A DNA stretch of 64,000 bases from assembly GCA_038321985.1 (NCBI GenBank), contig JBBQFN010000009.1, positions 1 to 64,000 of the forward strand, read 5' to 3'. Source of the stretch: Cyanophyceae cyanobacterium. Lineage in GTDB: Bacteria > Cyanobacteriota > Cyanobacteriia > Cyanobacteriales > Laspinemataceae. Each line of letters opens with the position of its first letter. Positions within the stretch are counted from its first letter, which is position 1. This document shows, piece by piece, positions 53,471 through 64,000 of this stretch. The notes below the pieces were generated by a model, which worked only from the letters and a program-made list of their open reading frames with translations, had not been told where the DNA came from and searched no databases. A program made the translations under genes and the position numbers.

Positions 53471-54571
53471 CTAGCGGCCCGTCGCTGCGTTGGTAAGAGA
53501 GGGTGAGGGTCCGATCAACCGTTCCAGTTCCTCCGCTTTAACTGCTTTACTCATGGCAGCCTCCCAGGAGACCTTGCCATCTTTATAATGTTTAGCCAGT
53601 GCCATTTCCATCGTCTGCATCCCTAACCGCGCCCCTGTTTGGATCATGGAGTAAATCTGCGCCGTCTTTCCTTCCTTGATCAAGTTGCCAATAGCGGCAT
53701 TATTGACGAGAACTTCCTGGGCGCACATCCGACCCCCGCCAATCTTCGGGACCAAGTTTTGGCTGCAAATTCCCACCAAGGAAATCCCCATTTGAGCGCG
53801 AATTTGGGCTTTAACTTCTGGGGGAAACACATCCAACATCCGGTCTACGGTCCCCGATGCAGAGTTGGTGTGGAGCGTTCCCATGACTAAGTGACCCGTT
53901 TCTGCCGCAGATACAGCCAGAGAAATTGTCTCAAAGTCCCGCATTTCTCCCACCAGAATAATATCAGGGTCTTGACGCAGCGCTCCTTTTAGGGCGTTCG
54001 AGAAGCTTTTGGTATCTTCCCCTTTTTGACGCTGGTGGAACAAGCTCTTGATATTGGGAAACACATATTCAATCGGGTCTTCCACCGTGAGGATATGTTC
54101 GCCGCGAGTGCGGTTAACGAGGTCCAGTAGCGCCGCCATCGTGGTGGTTTTTCCCGAACCCGTTTGACCCGTCACCAATAACAGCCCCCGAGGGCGCTCA
54201 GTCATTTCCCGGATCACTTGGGGAACCCCTAACTTATCCGCGTTGGGAATGGTGGAACCCAAGGCCCGTAAACAAGAAGCCCAACATCCGCGTTCCCGGT
54301 AAACGTTCACCCGGAAACGCGCCAATCCTTTGACCCCATAAGCGCAGTCTAAATCCCAGTTTTGTTCCAAGGTTTTGCGCTGTTGGTTGTTCAGCATCTG
54401 GAAGATGACTTGCTGACACTCTTCTGGGGAGAGGCTTTCCCCAAATTGGGGCTGGGGAGACAGTTTGCCGTTGACGCGAAAGTAAATCGGTGCACCCGCT
54501 TGAATGTGGATGTCGGAGCCACCTTGTTCAACCAGGGACTCCATAATATCTTCAATGACCAGACCTGCCAT
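53471..54571 (-). CDS. pilT: Type IV pilus retraction ATPase PilT
   Basis: GQTGSGKTTT, EDPIE, LRQDPDIILVGEMRD, TLHTNSA, AIGNLIKE (AIRNLIRE-like). Confidence 0.95.
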   Translation of the reverse strand: MAGLVIEDIMESLVEQGGSDIHIQAGAPIYFRVNGKLSPQPQFGESLSPEECQQVIFQMLNNQQRKTLEQNWDLDCAYGVKGLARFRVNVYRERGCWASCLRALGSTIPNADKLGVPQVIREMTERPRGLLLVTGQTGSGKTTTMAALLDLVNRTRGEHILTVEDPIEYVFPNIKSLFHQRQKGEDTKSFSNALKGALRQDPDIILVGEMRDFETISLAVSAAETGHLVMGTLHTNSASGTVDRMLDVFPPEVKAQIRAQMGISLVGICSQNLVPKIGGGRMCAQEVLVNNAAIGNLIKEGKTAQIYSMIQTGARLGMQTMEMALAKHYKDGKVSWEAAMSKAVKAEELERLIGPSPSLTNAATGR

Positions 54572-54646
54572 AGTCGCCTTTTCTCCGATAATCTCTGTTT
54601 AGATTGTATTGAAAGTAAATTCCCCTGCAAAGTTAGGGCGATCGCC

Positions 54647-56662
54647 TCACTCTTGGAATCGGGGGGTCAAGCAGTACAGACAATCCAACCACTCTTGCTG
54701 CAATCCGGCACCGCAAGCCTTACAAGTTAAACCCGTTTTGCGTTTGGCTTTAAGTTCTGCTTCCAAACCGGAGTCGGTAAAGGTGACGCGCTCAACCTCT
54801 TCAAAGGTAGTATGTCCTTCGCGAACTAGGTTCAGACTATAGGCTAACAAGGTCACCATGCCCTCTTCAACTGCCGCTTCCTTAATCCGCTCTGTGGGCG
54901 CACCTTGAGAGATTAACGCTTGCAGATTTTCCGTATTTTTGAGGACTTCATAAACCCCAACCCGGCCTTTATATCCACCGCCCCCACATTTCTGACACAA
55001 GTTCCCGGCATCTTGAGCGGCTTTTCGGTCAGCTGGGGCGACGATATTAGCTTTATAGAACGTCACATTAGTTTCCCCAGCCGTTGCCAGACCGTATCGA
55101 GCGAGTTCTTCTGAGGTTGGGGTGTAGGCGATGCGACACTCACCACAGACGCGCCGCATCAAGCGCTGGGCCAATACACCAATGAGTGAACCGGCCACCA
55201 TGAAGGGTTCTACCCCCATTTCATCTAAGCGGGCGATCGCCCCGGCTGCGTCGTTGGTATGCAAGGTCGTCAGCACTAAGTGACCCGTTAGTGCCGCTTC
55301 AATAGCGGTTTTTGCCGTTTCTTTATCCCGAGTCTCACCCACCAGAATGATATCCGGGTCTTGCCGCATGAACGCCCGCAATAAGTTGGTAAAATCTAAC
55401 CCTTTGGCCCGGATCACCTGACACTGGGTAATCCCTGGCAACGCATATTCAATTGGGTCTTCTGCGGTCGAGATGTTCACGGCCGGGTCGTTTCGTTCGG
55501 CTAACACCGAGTACAACGAGGTGGATTTTCCTGAACCCGTCGGTCCCGTCACCAAAATTAGGCCAAAGGGACGACTTGCCATCTCTCGAACGATCGCCAA
55601 ACTGTCTTGATTGGAAATTAATTTATCCAACCCTAACTGGGTGGAAGAGTTATCCAAAATCCGCAAACAGAGTTTTTCGCCATACCGCGACGGCAGACAG
55701 TTTACCCGGAAGTCCACGGTACGTCCCTGGAAAATTCGGCGGATCCGTCCATCTTGAGCATTCCGACGTTCCGCAATATCCAGATCCGCAATAATTTTAA
55801 ATCGAGACGTTAGGGCGGGGATAATCTTCTTCGGTAACCGGGCAAACTCTTGGAGTACCCCGTCTTTACGCATCCGAATCCTCAGAAATTCTTCTTGGGG
55901 TTCGACGTGGATATCCGATACGCCATCAGAAAGGGCTTTTGCCAAGATTTTATTAACGGTGTTAATAATGGGTGCGTCGTTGGCCCCTCGCAACGCCGCA
56001 TCCAGATTCATGTCTGCATCATCTTCGGGGGCGTCGTCGAGGGATTCCCCGTCTACGGCATCAAAGGCATCAGCGTTGAGGTTTAAATCGAGTTGATTGG
56101 CTTGTTCTGCTTTAGCTTGTTGCTCTTTTGCCTTCTCATCAGAATAGAGATTGAGTAAGTTTTGATAATCTTCCGGTGTAATTACCAGGCGGCGCAAGCT
56201 CAATCCCTGGGGTCGGAGAATCCGCGTTAAGTCATCCAGGGCCGCTAAGTTATCCGGATCGACCATAGCGATGGAAACCGAGGGGGGATCGCTCTCGTTC
56301 CGGGAGATGGGCAGGATGCGATGACGACGGCAGCTTTCTAGGGGAAGTAAGGTTTCTAAAAGTTGGCCGAGTTGTTCCGGTGAAAGTTCGGTAATTTCCG
56401 GATCCAAGGCTTCTACGCCGTAGACCACTTTCAGTTCAAAGAGCTGTTGTTTCTTGTACTGCCGTAGCAATTCCGGGGGAAGTTGCTTCCCGGTAATGGC
56501 TTCTAGGACCTCCGTAAGAGGCTTCCCGGATTTCCGACTTTCAATGTGGGCCCGTTGAACTTGTTCGCGATCGGCATAGCCGGCTTGGATAAGCTTATTG
56601 CCGAAGGGAGAAAAAGCATTCTGGACAACTAGAGCACGCCGCTGTGATGCGAAGTTTGTCAT
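54647..56662 (-). CDS. pilB: Type IV pilus assembly ATPase PilB with C-terminal Cys4 extension
   Basis: GPTGSGKS, RQDPDIILVGETRD, GYKGRVGVYE; C-terminal CKAC..CLYC; ATG 56662. Confidence 0.95.
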   Translation of the reverse strand: MTNFASQRRALVVQNAFSPFGNKLIQAGYADREQVQRAHIESRKSGKPLTEVLEAITGKQLPPELLRQYKKQQLFELKVVYGVEALDPEITELSPEQLGQLLETLLPLESCRRHRILPISRNESDPPSVSIAMVDPDNLAALDDLTRILRPQGLSLRRLVITPEDYQNLLNLYSDEKAKEQQAKAEQANQLDLNLNADAFDAVDGESLDDAPEDDADMNLDAALRGANDAPIINTVNKILAKALSDGVSDIHVEPQEEFLRIRMRKDGVLQEFARLPKKIIPALTSRFKIIADLDIAERRNAQDGRIRRIFQGRTVDFRVNCLPSRYGEKLCLRILDNSSTQLGLDKLISNQDSLAIVREMASRPFGLILVTGPTGSGKSTSLYSVLAERNDPAVNISTAEDPIEYALPGITQCQVIRAKGLDFTNLLRAFMRQDPDIILVGETRDKETAKTAIEAALTGHLVLTTLHTNDAAGAIARLDEMGVEPFMVAGSLIGVLAQRLMRRVCGECRIAYTPTSEELARYGLATAGETNVTFYKANIVAPADRKAAQDAGNLCQKCGGGGYKGRVGVYEVLKNTENLQALISQGAPTERIKEAAVEEGMVTLLAYSLNLVREGHTTFEEVERVTFTDSGLEAELKAKRKTGLTCKACGAGLQQEWLDCLYCLTPRFQE

Positions 56663-57899
56663 GGCTGGTGAACTTAATATGCTGTTTAGAGTATTCCCAA
56701 AAGTAAGCGGGCAAAGCACAAGCGCCGCGAGTGGTTAGCTCTGGCTTGGGTTCATCCGTCAGATCGCAACGTCAGAAAGACGGGTGGGGCGAATGCGATT
56801 GAGGGTTAATCCCCACCGCGATCGCCGTTGTTGGTTTAGTTCAATGTTTACCGGATTATTTTTAATGATAGCTTTTACTACCGAAGAAAGCACAAATTTT
56901 TGAGCGATATAGCTAGTCTAAATCAATGGGATAATTCTTCAAAGCACAGGGAGCGTCTCCCTGTCAATTATTGTATTGCCCCAACGATTTCAACTCGTTA
57001 TATATCAAAGTTCTTGCTTTCATTCCATAAGCGACTCCCCCAACCCCGTTGTCAGGTCCCCGGACAGCCCCCCGGATCAAGGAGGAATCCAGAGGAATAA
57101 ATGTTTGATTCACGGGGGGCTTGAGACAATTTTGTAATTTCTCTATTCTAAGTTAGGGAGGTTGGTTTCCCCGGCTTATTTCTTTTTCACAGGTTGGGCG
57201 ATCGCACTCCAGCTAGCAAATCCGCTTTTATACCTAAAACTCTCTAAACTCAACCCGCGCTCGACGATCCCTGTGATTTACCTCGGCGCTATTTTTCTTC
57301 CTGTTTTTCTGGTAGTTGATTTAACTCCCGCACCTCGCAAAGCGGTTTACCTCATGTTTTTGCTGTTTTTTTAAACTTATCTAAAGATTTTACCCCTAAA
57401 ATCCAAAAATTTTAATCGTTTTTGATTCAGTATATCCGTTTTAAATTTAAAACTATAATCACACGATTGAGTTACGCTAACCCGGGTGATAAAGCCAAGC
57501 CAAAAATCAGCAAAGCTCTAGCACGGACTCCCTATAAAATTGTGCCAATGTCCTCGGAAGTTTTATAAAATATTAACAGTGCTGCCAGGGCTGATAACAA
57601 GGGCATTAGATACATAAGAAACCTCTTTTCAATTTCTTAAAGGCGTCCGATTACAGGTCAGATGGCTCAGGACTTGAATATCCCATTACCCTATCATCTT
57701 TCTCCAGCTGGTCCAGTATTGTAGGCGACAATCCGCAGGTTTAGCTCTATTTTTGTTTCTAGGTCAATATTTTTATAGTTAAGTTGCATCTTTAATTCCG
57801 AGGAAAGGGAGCTTACCCCCCATTATTTCATAAAACAAGTTGCAACATAAGGTTAGGAAAAATTCGGCCTTTTTAAGGAAAAAATAGAAGAGAAGTTAG

Positions 57900-58115
57900 C
57901 TAGCTTTTGTAGAGGGGAGAGAGATAGCGAGTCCGATAGAGAATGAAGAGAACGAGGGAGAGTTGAATCGGCCAAGGGGCAATAACGAGGTCATAGCCGA
58001 CGCCTAGAGTACCCACTGTGATCGCCATAATGCGGGGAATTTCTTCTGAAGTATTTAAATAACAAAACCCCGCTACGAGACTGGCAGTTAGTGCAATCCA
58101 GAACATCCCTAACAT
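57900..58115 (-). CDS. Small membrane protein
   Basis: Hydrophobic 71-aa ORF with GGAGG RBS; IAPWPIQL motif. Confidence 0.6.
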   Translation of the reverse strand: MLGMFWIALTASLVAGFCYLNTSEEIPRIMAITVGTLGVGYDLVIAPWPIQLSLVLFILYRTRYLSPLYKS

Positions 58116-58298
58116 TTTGAGTCCCTCCTCTGGGCGATGGGTGAATGGTTTGAAGGTACAAATATTTTTTATTTCCTCCCTGTAATTTAACTCTGCGTCT
58201 AATATAAAACGGTGATTGGAATAAGCCTAAGCTAAGATAATCATCACGTGAATAAGAGACCCAAATCAAACCCGAAGGCGATCGCGATCGCATCCTTT

Positions 58299-58410
58299 GC
58301 CAGTTCAGTGTTACAACTTCAGTCTTCCTTTCCGAGTTCGTAGAGGCGCACCCCTGAAGGGGTGATACCGAACTGAAGAGGGAATGACTAAAGTCGTGAT
58401 GTTGAACTGG
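58299..58410. repeat. Long imperfect inverted repeat (REP/MITE-like hairpin)
   Basis: CCAGTTCAGTGTTACAACTTCAGTC...GACTAAAGTCGTGATGTTGAACTGG arms around inner hairpin CACCCCTGAAGGGGTG. Confidence 0.6.
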
Positions 58411-58412
58411 AG

Positions 58413-61163
58413 TTAATTGGGGGGGTCTAGGCGGTTGACGAGGAGGGCCACGGGAATCATCGGTAACCCAGCTACTAGACAGATTAGTCCTTGGGTTGCA
58501 TTTAAGGGTGCAGTTTGGAAGATCCGGTTGAGTAGGGGAACTTGGGAGAAGAGAATTTGCAGAACGATCGCCCCAATAATTCCGCTGAGAATGGCGGGTG
58601 CACCAACCCTCGAATTGAGGGTTCCCTTCATTTTGGCAATTAAATTCGGCAATAATTGGCTAATACTTAATAGATAAAAGATTCGGCCTGAAACTAAGGA
58701 TTGAACGGCGATGGTTCGCGCTAGGGCGAGTTGGTCGGGATAGGTTCGGAGTGACCATTCAAACATCCCAAAAATGACAATCCAGTTGTAAATGGCGACG
58801 ATGAGAATGCGTTTAATGCGATCGCGTGATAAGAGAGATTCACTGGGGTTGCGCGGTGGTTTTTCCATGACCCGAGGGGATTTCGGTTCAAAGGACAAGG
58901 GAACAGTCATGGTGATGGAGTTGAGCATATTTAGCCAGAGAATTTGTAAGGCTTCAATGGGCAGGTATCGACTTAATAACACACTCAATAAGACTGTCAT
59001 CGATTCCCCTAAGTTGACAGGTAAAATAAAGGAAATCGCTTTCACTAAATTACTATAGACCGTGCGTCCTTCTTCCACTGCCGCTTCAATGGAGGCAAAG
59101 TTATCATCAGTGAGAATAATATCAGCGGATTCTTTAGCAACTTCGGTCCCTGCACCTCCCATTGCAATCCCGACATCAGCTTGTTTGAGGGCTGGTGCAT
59201 CGTTGACCCCATCTCCCGTCATGGCGACAATCTCACCTCGGGCTTGTAATGCTTCTACAAGGCGGAGTTTTTGTTCCGGTGCCACTCGTGCAAATACAAC
59301 GCTATCTTCTAGGTTATTGGCGAGGGTTTGATCATCCATTTCACCGATTTGAGTGCCGGTAAAGGCTTGAACTCGACCGTTTTTCTGCATTCCCATGCGT
59401 TTGGCGATCGCAGCGGCGGTGGTGGCATGGTCTCCGGTAATCATTTTCACCTGAATTCCGGCGTTTTGACAGGCGGCGACAGCGGCGATCGCTTCGGGTC
59501 TCGGGGGGTCAATCATCCCCTGTAATCCCATAAAAATTAACCCCTCGTCGATATCTGGGCGATCGATGTCCTGAAGTCCCGGTCTGACGGATTTTTTGGC
59601 AAATGCTAAGACTCGTAACCCTTGTTCTGCCATGATTTCGACTTCCTGATGCAAGGCATCTGCATCTAAGGAAATCACCTCACCTTGACTATCAAAGATT
59701 TGGGTACAACGCTTGAGGAGGGATTCTACCGAACCTTTGACATAAATTGTCGGTCCATCGGGAGTATCATGCAAGGTTGCCATATACTGAAACTCAGATT
59801 CAAAGGGAATTACATCCAGTTTTGGCAGTTCTTCGGCGATCGCATCTTGGGTTAATCCGGCTTTATTAGCGGCTACAATTAATGCGCCTTCCGTTGGGTC
59901 CCCCACAACAACCAGATTCCCATCTTTTTCTTCAATATGCGAATCATTACATAGAAGTCCGGCCCGCAGACATTCTAATAGAATCGGGTTTTGCTGGAAG
60001 TCAACCGGGGAATCATTGATGGAAATTTCGCCTTCAGGTGCATATCCTTGACCCGTAACTTGATACTTTTGACCCCCGGCATGAATTTCTTGGACTGTCA
60101 TCTGATTTTCAGTCAAAGTGCCGGTTTTATCGGAACAAATGACGGTTGCACCCCCGAGGGTTTCTACCGCAGGCAATTTGCGAACGATCGCATGACGTCG
60201 CGCCATGCGGTTTACCCCAACGGCTAAGGTAACCGTTACCACTGCCGGTAATCCTTCGGGAATCGCACTCACAATTAAGGCGATCGCTGCTTCTAATGCA
60301 CCGGCGATCGATTCTTGCACTTCCCCAGATGCCTGGTAATAATTATGGAAGGCTACGGCAACAGTTAAGGCACCTAACCCCAGGACCAAAATCATCCAAA
60401 CTTTACTAAATTTATTAAATTTGCGGGTTAAGGGTGTGGTTAAATTGGTGCGTTGGTCAATCAGTTGAGAAATCTTTCCGGTTTCTGTATTATTTCCGGT
60501 GGCCACTACCAAACCTCGGGCTTGACCGAAAGTCACTAATCCCCCAGCATAAGCCATATTGATTCGTTCAGCCAAGGCAGTTTCTAGGCTGAGTATCTCG
60601 ATATTTTTTTCTACAGGAACTGACTCCCCAGTGAGTCCTGATTCATCAATTTGCAAGTTCCGAACTTGAACTAACCGCAAATCAGCCGGTACTTTGTCCC
60701 CAGAATTGAGTAAGACTAAATCCCCCGGGACTAATTCTGTCGAAGAAATGCGCTGTTTGTTGCCGTCTCGAATTAAAGTCGCTTCTGTAGTGACTGCTTT
60801 CGACAAGGCGGCGATCGCCCCTTCAGCTTTCCATTCCTGGAGGAATCCAATAATCGCATTAATAATCGTTACCCCCCAAATCACCCAGGCATTCGGCCAT
60901 TCTTCTAGGAAGGCTTCTACGGCACCGGCCACGAGCAAAATTAAGATTAAGGGTTGATTAAACTGGAGGATAAATTTTAACCATAAAGGTTGGGCTTTTT
61001 TGCCCGTCAGTTCATTAGGTCCAAATTCTTTTAATCGTTCATTTACGAGGTCAGAATTGAGTCCAGACTCCTCACTAGATTCGAGCAGATTGGCAATTTC
61101 TTGCTCTGATAAGCTATGCCATTCTTGGGAAGTTAATGCGGAGGTTTGGTTTGATGCTTGCAT
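58413..61163 (-). CDS. Cation-transporting P-type ATPase (type IIA, PacL/Ca2+-ATPase-like)
   Basis: LTGES, AIPEGL, DKTGTLT, KMITGDH, TGDGVNDAPAL. Confidence 0.93.
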   Translation of the reverse strand: MQASNQTSALTSQEWHSLSEQEIANLLESSEESGLNSDLVNERLKEFGPNELTGKKAQPLWLKFILQFNQPLILILLVAGAVEAFLEEWPNAWVIWGVTIINAIIGFLQEWKAEGAIAALSKAVTTEATLIRDGNKQRISSTELVPGDLVLLNSGDKVPADLRLVQVRNLQIDESGLTGESVPVEKNIEILSLETALAERINMAYAGGLVTFGQARGLVVATGNNTETGKISQLIDQRTNLTTPLTRKFNKFSKVWMILVLGLGALTVAVAFHNYYQASGEVQESIAGALEAAIALIVSAIPEGLPAVVTVTLAVGVNRMARRHAIVRKLPAVETLGGATVICSDKTGTLTENQMTVQEIHAGGQKYQVTGQGYAPEGEISINDSPVDFQQNPILLECLRAGLLCNDSHIEEKDGNLVVVGDPTEGALIVAANKAGLTQDAIAEELPKLDVIPFESEFQYMATLHDTPDGPTIYVKGSVESLLKRCTQIFDSQGEVISLDADALHQEVEIMAEQGLRVLAFAKKSVRPGLQDIDRPDIDEGLIFMGLQGMIDPPRPEAIAAVAACQNAGIQVKMITGDHATTAAAIAKRMGMQKNGRVQAFTGTQIGEMDDQTLANNLEDSVVFARVAPEQKLRLVEALQARGEIVAMTGDGVNDAPALKQADVGIAMGGAGTEVAKESADIILTDDNFASIEAAVEEGRTVYSNLVKAISFILPVNLGESMTVLLSVLLSRYLPIEALQILWLNMLNSITMTVPLSFEPKSPRVMEKPPRNPSESLLSRDRIKRILIVAIYNWIVIFGMFEWSLRTYPDQLALARTIAVQSLVSGRIFYLLSISQLLPNLIAKMKGTLNSRVGAPAILSGIIGAIVLQILFSQVPLLNRIFQTAPLNATQGLICLVAGLPMIPVALLVNRLDPPN

Positions 61164-61593
61164 AAAATTATCTCCGAATGGGGGATCGTTTCAATTAATT
61201 CCCAAAAATTAGGTGAATTGATTCCAAAATTCAACTAGAGGAAACCTTGATTTTTTAAATACTCAAACCAGGGGAGTATTTAAAAAATATAACAGGTTAA
61301 AATACCCGAGTTTTTATAACTCGAATGGGTTCGTAGAATCAAAGCTATTTAAAAACTTTACTCACCTGGGATTCTTGGGCTCAGCTAGAGTTTCGTTTAA
61401 TGTAACATATTCTCAGGAACGATTGCTGTGTTTGTACTCAGTGCCATACCATTGCATTCCAGATCAGGAGATCTATATAAAATTGGCAATTCGTCAATAT
61501 TTCTGAAGATAGATTTTGAGGTAGCCGGCGATCGCTAACCCAAATTAAAGAGACGCGTGGGATAATAAATTAAAACCAGTCCAAGGGGAGGAT

Positions 61594-64000
61594 ATGAACG
61601 AGCAAACCGTTACCTGGCATCTGCAACAACCCGTACTCCCTCCGGAGTGGTTCCTCGCACAAGTACGACAGTATCTCAACTCCAACTCATCGGGTTTATC
61701 CGGTCAATATGCGGCAGCATTACTCTGGCAACGGGGAATTCAGGACCGCGAGGAACTGGCGCGGTTTTTAAATCCGCAAGACTATCAACCCGCCAGTCCC
61801 TTTGACTTTGGTGAGGAAATGCACGCTTGTGTCGATCGCCTCCAATTGGCCCGGAAACAGGGGGAAAAGGTCGCAATCTGGGGAGACTTTGATGCGGATG
61901 GTATCACCGCCACCAGTGTCTTATGGGATGGACTGGGCCAATTTTTCACCCCCACCCGCGAACTCACCTACTTCATTCCCAACCGCTTAACCCAATCTCA
62001 CGGTCTGAACCGGGCGGGAATTGACGATTTAGCCGCATCAGGAACAAGCTTAATCGTCACCTGTGATACAGGTAGCACCAATCTCGACGAAATCGACTAT
62101 GCTCGCTCTTTGGGCATTGATACTATCGTCACAGATCATCATACATTACCCCCCATTCGCCCTGGAGTGGCGGCGATTATCAACCCCCGTTCTCTACCGG
62201 CAAACCATCCCCTTGCTCATCTTTCGGGGGTCGCCGTTGCTTACAAAGTCGTAGAAGCTCTGTATAGCACAATGCCGGACATTCCGCAAGAACCGTTAGA
62301 AGAATTATTAGATTTAGTTGCCATTGGATTAATTGCCGACTTGGTACAACTGAGTGGGGACTGCCGATATTTAGCCCAAATGGGACTCAAACGCCTAAAT
62401 CAGGAATGGCAGAAATCTCCGACGGAACGGCGCAGACCCGGGGTTGGGGAGTTGTTAGATTTGTGCAAACGCAATGGCGATCGCCCGACGGATATTTCCT
62501 TTGGCATCGGTCCACGGATTAACGCCGTCAGTCGGATTTACGGGGATGCTTCCTTTTGTGTGGAATTGCTCACCACTCGCGATCGCCGTCTCGCCCAAAA
62601 ACTTGCCCAAGAAACCGAACTGGCTAACTCTCGCCGTCAAGCATTACAAAAAGATGTGGATAAACAAGTGAGTCAAAAACTCGCTCGTCTCGACCTTTCT
62701 ACGACCGGCGTCATTGTTTTAGAAGACCCCCAATGGCCGGCGGGAGTCCTCGGTTTAGTGGCAGGTAAAGTCGCACAAGACTACGCCCGTCCCACCATTC
62801 TTTTAAGTACCGAAGACAGCAGCAAAGGAGAAGGGGAAACTCAAAAAATCCAGCTTGTCACTGCCTCGAAAAATGAAACTTCCTTTCCTCTGGCGCGAGG
62901 GTCGGCACGTTCAGTCAAAAGTATAGATTTATATGAATTAGTTAAGGAACAAGAGCATTTATTGCACCGTTTCGGCGGTCATCCATTCGCCGCAGGGTTA
63001 AGTTTACCCGTTCAAAATATCCCCCTATTCACTGAAGCAATTAACCGATTGCTTAAGGAAAAAATGGGAGCTGTTGCCGGCTTAGGAATGCCCGTAATTC
63101 AGGCGGATTTGCGCTGTACTGTGTCGGAGTTAGGCCAAAATTTATTTAGGGAATTAAGAGTATTAGAACCTTGTGGAATGGGAAATTCAGTTCCCTTGTT
63201 ATTAATTGAAAATTGCCAATTTAAAAAAAGTTGGAATGGTAAACCCAAAGATAAAAAAGGCCGCAAAATAGAATATATTAAAACAGAATTTCAGATTTGG
63301 GATGAATCTAGCGAAAACGGTTTTCCCGGATTGTGGTGGGGACATTATAAAGAGGAACTCCCCACTACTTCTGCGGATGTAGTGGTTGAACTGGATTACA
63401 ATAATTATAAAGAACGCTATGAAGTCCGGTTGATTGCGGTACGTCCCCGAGAAGGAAGTTCGGTTGTGATGTCTCCGGAAGGAGGGCTAGAAATTATCGA
63501 TTGTCGCCGCCAACTGAGGCAACAGGTAGAGGAGAGGCACGAAGAAGTAATCAATGTCAATTTTAAGGGGTTTGATCTCGATCGCACTGCCTCGATAGTG
63601 TTAGAAACCTGTCCGAGTAGCTGGGAGGAATTGCACGAGTGGTTAAAGTTGGCACTCCAGGCACAAAAGAAACTAGCGATCGCCTATCCCCCACCCAAAC
63701 CTGTTTCGCCGCTTCAGGTTTGGCAACAGTTGGTAGGGGTTGCTAAATACTTAAGTCGAACGGGGCAACTAGCAACTCGGGGACAATTGCGTTCTAAGCT
63801 ATCCATTAGCGATCGCACCTTAGAGTACGGGTTAACAGCATTAATGGAACTGGGATTTAAGGTCAATGTCAGGGGTGACTCTGTGCAGTTTAGTCCAGGA
63901 CCTTCAGTAGATCCCCTAGGAGTTGGCGATCGCTTTTGTGCAGCAGTTCAGGAAGAACAGTTTCAGCGGCAGTATTTTTATGAAGTACCTCTGTCTACAG
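61594..64000 (+). CDS. recJ: Single-stranded-DNA-specific exonuclease RecJ (runs off window end)
   Basis: GGAGG RBS; ATG 61594; WGDFDADG, TCDTG, TDHH, GPRINA, RGSARS, FGGHPFAAG. Confidence 0.93.
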   Translation, partial: MNEQTVTWHLQQPVLPPEWFLAQVRQYLNSNSSGLSGQYAAALLWQRGIQDREELARFLNPQDYQPASPFDFGEEMHACVDRLQLARKQGEKVAIWGDFDADGITATSVLWDGLGQFFTPTRELTYFIPNRLTQSHGLNRAGIDDLAASGTSLIVTCDTGSTNLDEIDYARSLGIDTIVTDHHTLPPIRPGVAAIINPRSLPANHPLAHLSGVAVAYKVVEALYSTMPDIPQEPLEELLDLVAIGLIADLVQLSGDCRYLAQMGLKRLNQEWQKSPTERRRPGVGELLDLCKRNGDRPTDISFGIGPRINAVSRIYGDASFCVELLTTRDRRLAQKLAQETELANSRRQALQKDVDKQVSQKLARLDLSTTGVIVLEDPQWPAGVLGLVAGKVAQDYARPTILLSTEDSSKGEGETQKIQLVTASKNETSFPLARGSARSVKSIDLYELVKEQEHLLHRFGGHPFAAGLSLPVQNIPLFTEAINRLLKEKMGAVAGLGMPVIQADLRCTVSELGQNLFRELRVLEPCGMGNSVPLLLIENCQFKKSWNGKPKDKKGRKIEYIKTEFQIWDESSENGFPGLWWGHYKEELPTTSADVVVELDYNNYKERYEVRLIAVRPREGSSVVMSPEGGLEIIDCRRQLRQQVEERHEEVINVNFKGFDLDRTASIVLETCPSSWEELHEWLKLALQAQKKLAIAYPPPKPVSPLQVWQQLVGVAKYLSRTGQLATRGQLRSKLSISDRTLEYGLTALMELGFKVNVRGDSVQFSPGPSVDPLGVGDRFCAAVQEEQFQRQYFYEVPLST

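Noticed and set aside
56720..57890. Hidden gene or RNA in the 1.2-kb region upstream of pilB
   Set aside because: Only short motif-less ORFs and no convincing structure; treated as regulatory or intergenic.
61268..61500. yybP-ykoY (Mn) riboswitch for the P-type ATPase (GGGGAGTA and TCGTCAAT seen)
   Set aside because: The motifs are on the strand opposite to the ATPase and about 220 nt apart.
1..64000. High frequency of GCGATCGC as a novel repeat
   Set aside because: This is the well-known cyanobacterial HIP1; only its local arrangement at 42.9-43.9 kb and apparent absence in AIPR are notable.

Overview
Chromosomal window from a filamentous cyanobacterium. The dense HIP1 GCGATCGC sites and gene content suggest Oscillatoriales, Oscillatoria/Laspinema-like (inference). 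Mostly core genes: psaA-psaB (psaB partial), ndhD, aroQ, cinA, a WecA/MraY-family transferase, MPBQ/MSBQ methyltransferase, ggt, mutS2, bioU, DUF2997-DUF1257-ferredoxin, pilB-pilT-pilC, a P-type ATPase and partial recJ. There are two signalling loci: DUF928 / haemagglutinin-CHAT protease / CHASE2 kinase / REC-kinase, and an XRE HTH gene in frame with a large multi-PAS hybrid kinase. An accessory, defence-like and partly decaying island spans about 42.0-46.8 kb. It holds a Uma2 nuclease, a small-protein/retropepsin-like protease pair inside a 55-57 bp HIP1-containing repeat array, a gene fragment broken at a HIP1 site, a RelE-like pseudogene, an AT-rich AIPR gene with an in-frame amber stop, and another pseudogene. 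Small elements missed by the ORF track include a 45-aa ORF before aroQ, a candidate ~50-nt sRNA with promoter and terminator at 40.6 kb, a 3x ~53 bp repeat at 11.6 kb, a structured leader at 33.2 kb and a long hairpin at 58.3 kb. No rRNA, tRNA, CRISPR array or intact transposase was recognised. Family assignments come from motif recognition and recall, not database searches.
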